Origin: Octopus sinensis
Taxonomy: Eukaryota
Assembly: GCF_006345805.1 (NCBI RefSeq)
Contig: NW_021827931.1
Coordinates: forward strand, 1-9,392
Reading direction: 5' to 3'
Length of the DNA stretch: 9,392 nucleotides
A program made the position numbers and the translations under genes. Positions 1 to 8,008 of the stretch are shown here, piece after piece; within the stretch, counting starts at the first letter, position 1; each line of letters begins with the position of its first letter. The notes under the pieces are model-generated. The model saw only the letters and a list, made by a program, of their open reading frames with translations. It had not been told where the DNA came from and searched no databases.

Positions 1-169
1 TTTTCTTGTATTTTTATATCGATTTTCACAATATATATATATTTGTTGTTTTTTTTTGTTTTCGTTTTTCTTTGTCAAGAATTGTGTAAAAGAATTGGCA
101 ATTATCATCGTTCGGAGTTTAGAAATCAGAGCCTGATTTCTTTATGTATTTATGTTTTATTTCTGAGCT

Positions 170-333
170 GTCTCAGTCACTGGACTGCGGCCATGCTAGA
201 GTAACGCCTTGAAAGATATTAGTCCAAGGGGTTTTTTTTTTTTTTTTAAACGTGTTACTTATTGCATCGGTCACTTTTTTTCCAAATGATTAATTTACGG
301 GGACATAAACACACCAACACAGGTACAAACCAG

Positions 334-364
<31 letters not shown>

Positions 365-498
365 CGACAGGCTGCATTCGGTCTATTTCTACGAAATCCT
401 GACTATGGTAGAAGACACTTGACCAAAGTTCTCCGTAGTTGGACTGAACCTGCAACAGAGATGGTGGGAAGCATACCTCTTACCACGTAGCCATGCCT
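170..498 (-). mobile_element. Diverged tRNA-derived SINE, family A (same family as 2088-2481)
   Basis: Reverse complement aligns by eye with the family A copies: head AGGCATGGCTACGTGGTAAG, B-box-like GGTTCAGTCC, CTTTGGTCAAGTGTCTTCTAC, internal (TA)/(TG) tract, and 3' block CTCTAGCATGGCCGCAGTCCAGTGACTGA. Boundaries approximate. Confidence 0.8.
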
Positions 499-518
499 AT
501 AAATTAAGAAATATATGT

Positions 519-555
<37 letters not shown>

Positions 556-559
556 GTGT

Positions 560-688
560 GTTCAGTTCCACCGCATAACACCTTGGGCAAAAGTTTTCTG
601 CTATAGCCTTCGGCCAACCAGATGTTCTTGCGTAGATTTGGTAGACGGAAACTGAAAGAAATACGTCGTTTATATATGTATATATCTT
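560..688 (+). mobile_element. 5'-truncated older family A SINE, 5' part (continues at 1297-1376)
   Basis: GTTCAGTTCCAC...CCTTGGGCAA...CTATAGCC...GATTTGGTAGACGGAAACTGAAAGAA followed by a TA tract matches the family A body. Confidence 0.75.
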
Positions 689-1038
689 GGCATAGGAGTG
701 GCTCTGTGGTACGTAGCTTGCTTACGAACCACATGGTTCGGTTTCTGGGTTCAGTCCTACTGCATGACAACTTGGGCAAGTGTCTTCCACTATAGCCTCG
801 GGCCGACCAAAGACCGGTGAGTGGATTTTGTAGACGGAAACTGAAAGAAATACGTCGTTTATATATGTATATATCTTGGCATAGGAGTGGCTCTGTGGTA
901 CGTAGCTTGCTTACGAACCACATGGTTCGGTTTCTGGGTTCAGTCCTACTGCATGACAACTTGGGCAAGTGTCTTCCACTATAGCCTCGGGCCGACCAAA
1001 GACCGGTGAGTGGATTTTGTAGACGGAAACTGAAAGAA
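641..1038 (+). repeat. Perfect 189-bp tandem duplication containing a SINE head
   Basis: GTAGACGGAAACTGAAAGAA recurs at 641, 830 and 1019; units 641-829 and 830-1018 are identical by eye. Confidence 0.95.
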
Positions 1039-1296
1039 GCCCGTCGTATAAATGTATAACTATGTGTGTGTATACGTTTGTGTGTCTGTGTGTTTGTGTG
1101 TGTGTTTGTCCCTCTAACATCGCTTGAAAACCGATGTTGGTGTGTTTACGTTCCCGTAACTTAGCAGTTCGGCAGAAGAGACCAATAGAATAAGTACTAT
1201 GCCTACAAAGAATAAGAACTGGGGTAGATTTTCTCGACAAAAAACAGCGCTCCAGCATGGCCACATCAAATGACTGAAACAAGTAAAAGAGTAAAA
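878..1296 (+). mobile_element. Full-length family A tRNA-derived SINE (its head is duplicated at 689-877)
   Basis: A-box-like TGGCTCTGTGG, B-box-like GGTTCAGTCC, central CTTGGGCAAGTGTCTT, internal (TA)/(TG) microsatellite, and 3' CTCCAGCATGGCC...TGACTGAAACAAGTAAAAGAGTAAAA tail. Confidence 0.9.
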
Positions 1297-1376
1297 TACT
1301 ATATGTGCCTTTGTGTCTGTGGTTGTCTGCCCATTATTGCTGGACAACCGGTGTTTGTGTACTTACATCCCCGTAC
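1297..1376 (+). mobile_element. Continuation of the older family A SINE interrupted by the younger copy
   Basis: TTTGTGTCTGTGGTTGTCTGCCC...GACAACCGGTGTTTGTGTACTTACATCCCCGTA matches the post-microsatellite segment of the other copies (e.g. ~4039-4100). Confidence 0.65.
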
Positions 1377-1894
1377 TAAATAGATTCTCAGATATAATTT
1401 TATCTTGTGAACACAGGTAATACACATCATTTGCACATTTTATAAAATCTATGTAATCCCATAATTATAAGTATCCACACCTTAAAAACCTGACGTTACT
1501 AAGACAAGGTCAGCCTAGCAACCATCCACCTCAACAAAAACGACCGCTATTCAGGTTTCTCCGTCCTTGCCATGCCAAATTCTTCTGAAATTACTATTAT
1601 TCTGAGTGCGTGTGTGATTATATATACATACACGAGCAAAACGCCCCCCACCTCCAATGGACGATGCTGAGTTGTAAAACATTTAAACCAAATATTCTCA
1701 GCAACTTGTCCGACCTCCCATAGGCCTCCCCTTTGAGAAACATTGATTTAACCTAAATTTAAGACACCAGCACAAGACGGATTTAGACTGATGTACCTGC
1801 GCGTACAAATATACGTTCCTACGGCTTTATCGATCGCATGCTCACCTGGAATCGATTTACGTAATTTTTTCAAGACTTATACACGCCCTGATAC

Positions 1895-2012
1895 CGTCAG
1901 TATCCACATATCAAATTTGAGCGCAATCGAATGGCGGATGCCCGACATCCTAGAAGTCACACGTACAGACAGTCAGAACAGATTTTATATAATATATATA
2001 TATATATATATA
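1895..2012 (-). mobile_element. Possible 5' end of a non-autonomous Helitron-like element
   Basis: Plus-strand ATCAAATTTGAGCGCAATCGAATG...ACAGACAGTCAGA...TTTTATATAATATA resembles, from memory, the reverse complement of Lep1/DINE-type Helitron 5' ends. No clear 3' hairpin plus CTAG end was found. Confidence 0.3.
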
Positions 2013-2035
2013 TCCGCGTATCATACAGCCACACC

Positions 2036-2070
<35 letters not shown>

Positions 2071-2087
2071 TTATATATATATATATA

Positions 2088-2481
2088 GGCGCAGGAGTTG
2101 CTGTGTGGTAAGTAGCTTGTTTACCAACCACATGGTTTCGGGTTCAGTCCCACAGCGTGGCACCTTGGGCGAGTGTCTTCTACTATAGCCTCGGGCCGAC
2201 CAAAGCCTTGTGAGTGGATTTGGTAGACGGAAACTGAAAGAAGTCCCTCGTATATATGTATATATGTGTGTGTGTGTTTGTGTGTCTGTGTTTATCCCCC
2301 CCAACATCGCTTGACAAATGATGCTGGTGTGTTTACTTCTCCGTAACTTAGCGGTTCGGCAGAAGAGACCCATAGAATAAATGATTTTTTTTCTTACAAA
2401 GAATAAGTCCTGGAGTCGATTTGATCGACTAAAGGCGGTGCTCCAGCATGGCCGCAGTCAAGTAAAAGACTAAAGAGAGAG
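2088..2481 (+). mobile_element. Full-length family A tRNA-derived SINE inserted in (TA)n
   Basis: GGCGCAGGAGTTGCTGTGTGGTAAG...GGGTTCAGTCCCAC head, same body as 878-1296, AGTAAAAGACTAAAGAG tail, (TA)n on both flanks. Confidence 0.92.
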
Positions 2482-2594
2482 TATATATATATATATATAT
2501 ATATATAAGTGTGTATGATCTTCCAACAGCTAAATGCTTGTTGAAAAGAACTTTGAAATTCCACAGTTCATATATAGGTGAATGTACTTCTACT

Positions 2595-2726
2595 GAAGTT
2601 AAGCCGGAGTGAAGCTGGATTGAAGGCGGAGTGAAACTGGAGTGTAGTCGAAACGGAGCTGGAGTGAAGCTGGTGTGAATTTGCAGTGTAGGTGGAATGA
2701 AATCGGAGTAGACCTGGAGTGAATCC
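2595..2726 (+). repeat. Degenerate 11-bp minisatellite, 12 units, consensus GGAGTGAAGCT
   Basis: Parses without indels: gaagttaagcc/ggagtgaagct/ggattgaaggc/ggagtgaaact/ggagtgtagtc/gaaacggagct/ggagtgaagct/ggtgtgaattt/gcagtgtaggt/ggaatgaaatc/ggagtagacct/ggagtgaatcc. Confidence 0.85.
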
Positions 2727-3060
2727 AGCCCGACATATTAGTTTGTAAATAAAGAAAGCGGAATTATTTTCGTTGTGATCTATTTTAGTCACGTAAACCG
2801 TGGACTGTTAATTTGATGATCAGCGCTCAATGGGAGACGAATGGTTGATAATTGTTTGGCTTCTGATCAGTTGAATGTGTGTCAAGGATAGACATGAACA
2901 GAGAAGCATATTGCAGGAAACACACACATACATAAGCAAAGATGTATATATACGGACAAAATGTTGTAAACGGAAGCATAGCATGCACAGGCACACAAAT
3001 ATACAAATATATACGTATATTTGTACGTGTATATACCGATGGATAGGTAAGATTATGTCC

Positions 3061-3119
3061 CTTTCTCTCTCTCTCTCTCTCTCTCTCCTCTCTCTTTATA
3101 TATATATATTCACATCTAT

Positions 3120-3151
<32 letters not shown>

Positions 3152-3202
3152 ATATATGCATGTCTATACCCCGTGCATACACCATATATGTACAAGTATA
3201 TA

Positions 3203-3234
<32 letters not shown>

Positions 3235-3570
3235 GGTATGTTATATATGTATATATGTATATATGTATATATATATATTTATATATGTATATATACACGT
3301 ACAAACATGCACAGATACACATATGTCTGTATAAATTCATATACATGCACACACTCGCTTCTCCATATATATGTTAACAGGCTTGCATAAACGCATATAT
3401 ATATATATTCTCATACACATATATACACACACACATATGTATATGTATATATCTATATATATATATATGTTTACAAACATGTATAGAGATATGTCTATAT
3501 CTATATCTATATATATATATGTCGACTGTGTGTACGTGTACGCTTTTATGCACGTATTTGTGTGTATGCG
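3061..3570. repeat. Compound microsatellite (CT)n/(TA)n/(CA)n/(TATG)n
   Basis: Directly visible low-complexity dinucleotide tracts. Confidence 0.9.
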
Positions 3571-3736
3571 TGTATGGAGGGGTGCCTGGGAATATATCTA
3601 CACCCATATGCAATCAATTAGTGCACCGTAAAGCAAATATGACAGGCTAAACAAGAAAGCGCAGAAGCACAAAACTACGCTATCAAGTACGTTAATTCAC
3701 AGTTATACGAAGGTGTTAGTAAGTGTATGAATGCGC

Positions 3737-3739
<3 letters not shown>

Positions 3740-3791
<52 letters not shown>
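3740..3791. repeat. Pure (TA)n microsatellite
   Basis: About 26 uninterrupted TA units. Confidence 0.95.
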
Positions 3792-3797
<6 letters not shown>

Positions 3798-3818
3798 AAT
3801 TATACAAAATGTATAATA

Positions 3819-4009
3819 GGCGAAGGAGTGGCTGTGTGGTTCCGGGTTCCGGGTTCCGGGTTCAGTCCCACTACATGGCTTCTTGGGCAAGTATCTTCTA
3901 CTATAGCCTCGGTCCGATCAATGCCTTGTGAGTGGATTTGGTAGACGGAAGCTAAAAGAAGCACGTCGTATATATGGATATATATCCCCTGTGTGTGGTG
4001 TGTGTGTGT

Positions 4010-4041
<32 letters not shown>

Positions 4042-4232
4042 TGTGTTTGTCCCCATAGCGTTGCTTGACAACCAATGCTGGTGTGTTTGCATCCCCGTAA
4101 CCTTGCGGTTCGGCAAAAGTGACCGATAGAATAAGTACTGGGCTTACAAAGAAGTTGCTCGATTAAAGGCGGTGCTCCAGCATGGCCACAGTCAAATGAC
4201 TGAAACAAGTAAAAGAGAAAAGAGTAAAAGAG
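3819..4232 (+). mobile_element. Family A tRNA-derived SINE with rearranged head and long flanking duplication
   Basis: GGCGAAGGAGTGGCTGTGTGG head, same body, (AAAAGAG)n tail. Flanks share GAGAAATTATACAAA(A/G)TGTATAA at 3794-3816 and 4293-4315. Confidence 0.9.
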
Positions 4233-4290
4233 TATATATATATATATATTATATATATTATATTATATGTATATATATATATATATATAA

Positions 4291-4737
4291 TGGAGAAATT
4301 ATACAAAGTGTATAAATAGATGATGAGTAAAGCACCGGCACAGTTTCGATTTCCTTCTGTTATCCGAGATTTATTGCAGGAAGTTCGTATGTGGCGGTTG
4401 GGGTAACTGTATTAAAAAAATAGATGGAGTGAGTTAAAGATTTTATTGGGTATGACACATGTTTCGACTCGTTCTGGATTTCTTCGGGTACATCAATTAA
4501 AAAGTCTCTCTGGAAATTCTAGGTGTTGGCTTACGTACCACCATATGTCTATCAAATTCGGGAATGAGTAAAAACACAGAGAAAATTCATTGAAGCAAAA
4601 AATTCAAATATGAAGGTGGAAAGTATATATTCTTGTTTAAAGAAAATGACGTAATCAGCTTTTACCGTTGTAACTGTGAGGAGAAAGAAAAGGAAGTAGA
4701 GGTGGAAGGATTTTTTTTGTGATCCTACTTAGACGCT
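4291..4737 (-). mobile_element. Probable degenerate Penelope-like terminal-repeat fragment between TA tracts
   Basis: Minus strand has a hammerhead 3' half GAAAC-ATGT-GTC (4465-4454) followed closely by AATAAA (4447-4442). It is embedded in (TA)n like the 5042-6387 element. The family assignment is inference. Confidence 0.45.
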
Positions 4738-4800
4738 CATATACATAAACATATGCATATACATACATACATACATATATATATATAAGGGTATACATAC

Positions 4801-4847
<47 letters not shown>

Positions 4848-4874
4848 CGTGTATACATGCCCACATATATATGG

Positions 4875-4920
<46 letters not shown>

Positions 4921-5041
4921 ACATACCCATATATATATATATATATATATATATGTATACGCGTATACATGCCCACATATATATATATATATGAATATAT
5001 ATATAAGCGTATACATACCTATATATATATGTATATATATA
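4738..5041. repeat. Compound (TA)n satellite with recurring GTATACAT(A/G)CC spacers
   Basis: GTATACATRCC occurs five times (~4791, 4851, 4917, 4963, 5009), separated by TA runs of varying length. Confidence 0.85.
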
Positions 5042-5333
5042 TATCAGTAGTAAAATAGGGTAAAATTAATTAATTTGGAATAATCATTAATTTCACCAAG
5101 TAGATTTCGGCATGTAAAAGCCTCGTTCGAGGAAATTTAAGTAATACTAAGTAATTAACGGTTTAGCAACGATTTGCCTCACCACACACCGAATTTAGAA
5201 ATAGCAGTCAAAGAGTTATAGCTATTCTTTCTACTAAAAGGGAGATCTCAGTAAAACCACAGCACTTGAAAGGCAAACACAAACAGGCAAGAGAGAAAGA
5301 AATGATAGCAATCTATCATACAATTTTAAGTCA

Positions 5334-5424
5334 CCTACGGACGTACGTTTCGAAATTAAGTTTTAGGAAAGCATAAGAATTAGATAATTATGTCTTACCC
5401 AACTTCTTCTCTCATCAGCGTAGG
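5334..5424 (-). ncRNA. Type I hammerhead ribozyme, canonical core
   Basis: Minus strand: CCUACG (stem I 5') - CUGAUGA - 60-nt stem-loop II (GAGA...UUUC) - GAAA - C GUAC G - UC^ - CGUAGG (stem I 3'). All core nucleotides present with a GUC triplet; predicted cleavage between 5340 and 5339. Confidence 0.88.
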
Positions 5425-5916
5425 ACACTACAATTATGAATAATTGTATATTAAATTTCGAGATACTAGAAGGCATCATCTCAACTCAGTATCAGAGCGA
5501 GCTAAAACCGTTACCAGTATCACTAAATTCAAAGTGTGAATGAAAGTTTGTGTCAGCAACCCCTTCCCACCCGCGTGTAGCCAAGACAAGATGTTGCGGT
5601 CATTTACTGGGATGAAATATGGTTATCAGTAGTAAAATAGGGTAACATTAATTAATTTGAAATAATCATTAATTTCACCAAGTAGATTTCGGCATGTAAA
5701 AGCCTCGTTCGAGGAAAGTTTAAGTAATACTATGTAATTAAGGGTTTAGCAACGATTTGTCTCACCACACACCGAATTTAGAAATAGCAGTCAAAGAGTT
5801 ATAGCTATTCTTTCTACTAAAAGGGAAATCTCAGTAAAACCACAGCACTTGAAAGGCAAATACAAACAGGCAAGAGAGAAAGAAATGACAGCAATCTATC
5901 ATACAATTTTAAGTCA

Positions 5917-6007
5917 CCTACGGATGTACGTTTCGAAATTAAGTTTTAGGAAAGCATAAGAATTAGATAATTATGTCTTACCCAACTTCTTCTCTCATCA
6001 GCGTAGG
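5917..6007 (-). ncRNA. Type I hammerhead ribozyme, second copy with stem III variant
   Basis: Identical to 5334-5424 except plus-strand 5925 C>T, giving GAAAC-GUAC-AUC^ (AUC triplet, C.A mismatch in stem III). Predicted cleavage between 5923 and 5922. Confidence 0.8.
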
Positions 6008-6412
6008 ACACTACAATTATGAATAATTGTATATTAATTTCGAGATACTAGAAGGCATCATCTCAACTCAGTATCAGAGCGAGCTAAAACCGTTACCAGT
6101 ATCACTAAATTCAAAGTGAATGAAAGTTTGTGTCAGCAACCCCTTCCCACCCGCGTGTAGCCAAGACAAGATGTTGCGGTCATTTACTGGGATGAAATAT
6201 GGTTATCAGTAGTAAAATAGGGTAAAATTAATTAATTTGGAATAATCATTAATTTCACCAAGTAGATTTCGGCATGTAAAAGCCTCGTTCGAGGAAAGTT
6301 TAAGTAATACTAAGTAATTAAGGGTTTAGCAACTCTTTGACTGCTATTTCTAAATTAGGCAAATCGTTGCTAAACCCTTAATTACTTTGTATATATATAT
6401 ATATATATATAT

Positions 6413-6627
6413 ACTAGGTGAATGAATTATCCTATGTTTATCGTCAGCAGGAAATTCGTTTAACCGAAACCTGGGTAGCAAATTCACGCCAGAAAAAACA
6501 CGGTTGAAGCGACCTGTCAAGGGTAGAAACTCCGGGTTCATGTGTAGAAATTTGTGTGTTGTATATGAATAAATGAAAGAATGGAGTCGAACGAAGATGT
6601 TAACAAAATTCCTTTACTCTCGACACA
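6413..6627 (-). mobile_element. Possible further Penelope-like terminal fragment truncated at the palindrome
   Basis: Abuts (TA)n on the left. Its right end ATGGAGT...GTTAA...TTTA...GACACA parallels 4423-4459 (ATGGAGT.GTTAA..TTTA..GACACA-TGTTTC). Confidence 0.3.
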
Positions 6628-7332
6628 AGTACTTAGGACGAATCAATCAATTTATTATTGTTGAATAATAAAAATTAATGCGTGGGCGCCGGTTGAGAAG
6701 ATTATGTATGTAAATATGTGTACATGCATGTATATATACATATGTGCGTGTGAGAAAGTGCATATATACACACGCATATATATGTGTATATGTAACCGTT
6801 CTAATAATTGAGCACTCCAAATGATAGACGATCTAACTCCCTTTTCGAGGAACCTAAAATGTATGTATGTCAGTAGGGACATACATATAGACACATACAC
6901 ATATACACATGTAAACCTATGTATGCATTATATATATAATATAATATATATCTATATATTATATATATATATACATAGGTTTACATGGTATATTTGTATG
7001 TGTCTATAGTATGTCCCTACTGGTGTATATAATATATATATATATATATACACACATAGGTTTACATGTGTATATGTGTATGTGTCTATATGTATGTCCC
7101 TACTGACATACATAAAGGGAGTTAGATAGTCTATCATTTGGAGTGCTCAATTATTAGAACGGTTACCTATACACATATATATGCGTGTGTATATATGCAC
7201 TTTCTCACACGCACATATGTATATATACATACATGTACACATATTTACATACATAATCTTCTCAACCGGCGCCCACACATTAATTTTTATTATTCAACAA
7301 TAATAAATTGATTGATTCGTCCTAAGTACTTG
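6626..7332. repeat. Long inverted repeat (foldback/MITE-like): arms 6626-6922 and 7054-7332
   Basis: Arms are reverse complements with 4 substitutions and one 18-bp indel. The AT-rich spacer holds an extra partial copy of the inner right arm (6973-7022). Confidence 0.95.
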
Positions 7333-7536
7333 GAAAAATAAGTATTAGTAAAATAATGACAATAAAAGCAAAATATATTTTAATTAAGTTGATAATTAAC
7401 ATAAAACTTATCCCTGATTACCCTCCTAACACCTCAACTAAATATCCTATTTTCAGTTTAACTATTTTAACACCAATTAATCGCTTTAAATATCTTGCTG
7501 GCCTCAGCAATAATTCTGTATCTACTACTGCAACGT

Positions 7537-7856
7537 GTGGAGGCGAAATGGCCCAGTTGTTAGGACAGCGGACTCGCGGTCGGAGGATCGCGGTTTCGGT
7601 TCCCAGACCAGGCGTTGTGTGTGGTTATTGAGCGAAAACACCTAAAGTTCCACGACACTCCGGAAGGGGGTGGGGGTGGCGACCCCTGTTGTACTCTTTC
7701 GCCCCAACTTTCTCTCACTCTCTCTTGCTGTTTCTTGAGTAACGCAACGATGGACTGGCGTCCAGTCCAGGTGGGGCGAACACATACGCCATAGGAACCG
7801 GGAAACCGGGCCTATGAGCCTGGCTGGGCTTGAAAAGGGCTTATGAAAAAAAAAAA
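7537..7856 (+). mobile_element. Full-length tRNA-derived SINE, family B, with poly(A) tail and perfect 13-bp TSD
   Basis: A-box TGGCCCAGTTG and B-box-like GTTTCGGTTCC; body motif CGATGGACTGGCGTCCAGTCCAGG resembles conserved V/Meta-type SINE domains; A12 tail; TSD ACTACTGCAACGT at 7524-7536 and 7857-7869. Confidence 0.93.
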
Positions 7857-8008
7857 ACTACTGCAACGTTATGAATTTAGAAGTTCTCTCATTCATCGAT
7901 TCATCCATTTTCTCTTCCTCCTATTCGTAGGTTTTCAGAGTAGACCCTTCGAGTATCTTCTCCATAGACACCATCGGAAAGCACCCTCTCTCCTCCATGC
8001 TATCCGTC

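Larger units (their letters stand above)
5042..6387 (-). mobile_element. Hammerhead-bearing tandem array: non-autonomous Penelope-like element / retrozyme-like locus
   Basis: Units start TATCAGTAGTAAAATAGGG at 5042 (582 bp), 5624 (580 bp) and 6204 (partial, to 6333). Full units differ by ~9 substitutions and 3 small indels. One minus-strand hammerhead per full unit, an inverted terminal segment at 6331-6387, (TA)n on both sides, and no ORF within the units in the ORF track. Confidence 0.8.

Noticed and set aside
504-968. 154-aa ORF with an internal 63-aa repeat
   Set aside because: Antisense read-through of the 189-bp SINE duplication (189 = 63 codons).
2595-2726. CRISPR-like array
   Set aside because: Contiguous 11-bp units with no spacers, no cas genes and a eukaryotic context.
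4320-4380. Hammerhead-like fragments (plus ATGATGAG; minus GAAACTGTGCC)
   Set aside because: No CUGANGA, GAAA and NUH in the correct order with a supporting stem I on either strand.
2827-5058. Many ORFs rich in YIYI/HTHT/CVCV
   Set aside because: They are translations of stop-free (TA)n/(CA)n microsatellites and SINE bodies, with no domain-like sequence.
6440-6470. CTGACGA on the minus strand near GAAAC on the plus strand
   Set aside because: The two half-cores are on opposite strands; no GAAA follows CTGACGA on the minus strand before the TA tract.
6821-7137. Pair of similar opposing ORFs (MIDDLTPF.../MIDYLTPF...)
   Set aside because: A by-product of the inverted repeat over low-complexity sequence.
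7537-7612. tRNA gene (also 8365-8440 and the family A heads)
   Set aside because: A/B boxes are present but cloverleaves are imperfect and run into SINE bodies with tails or TSDs.
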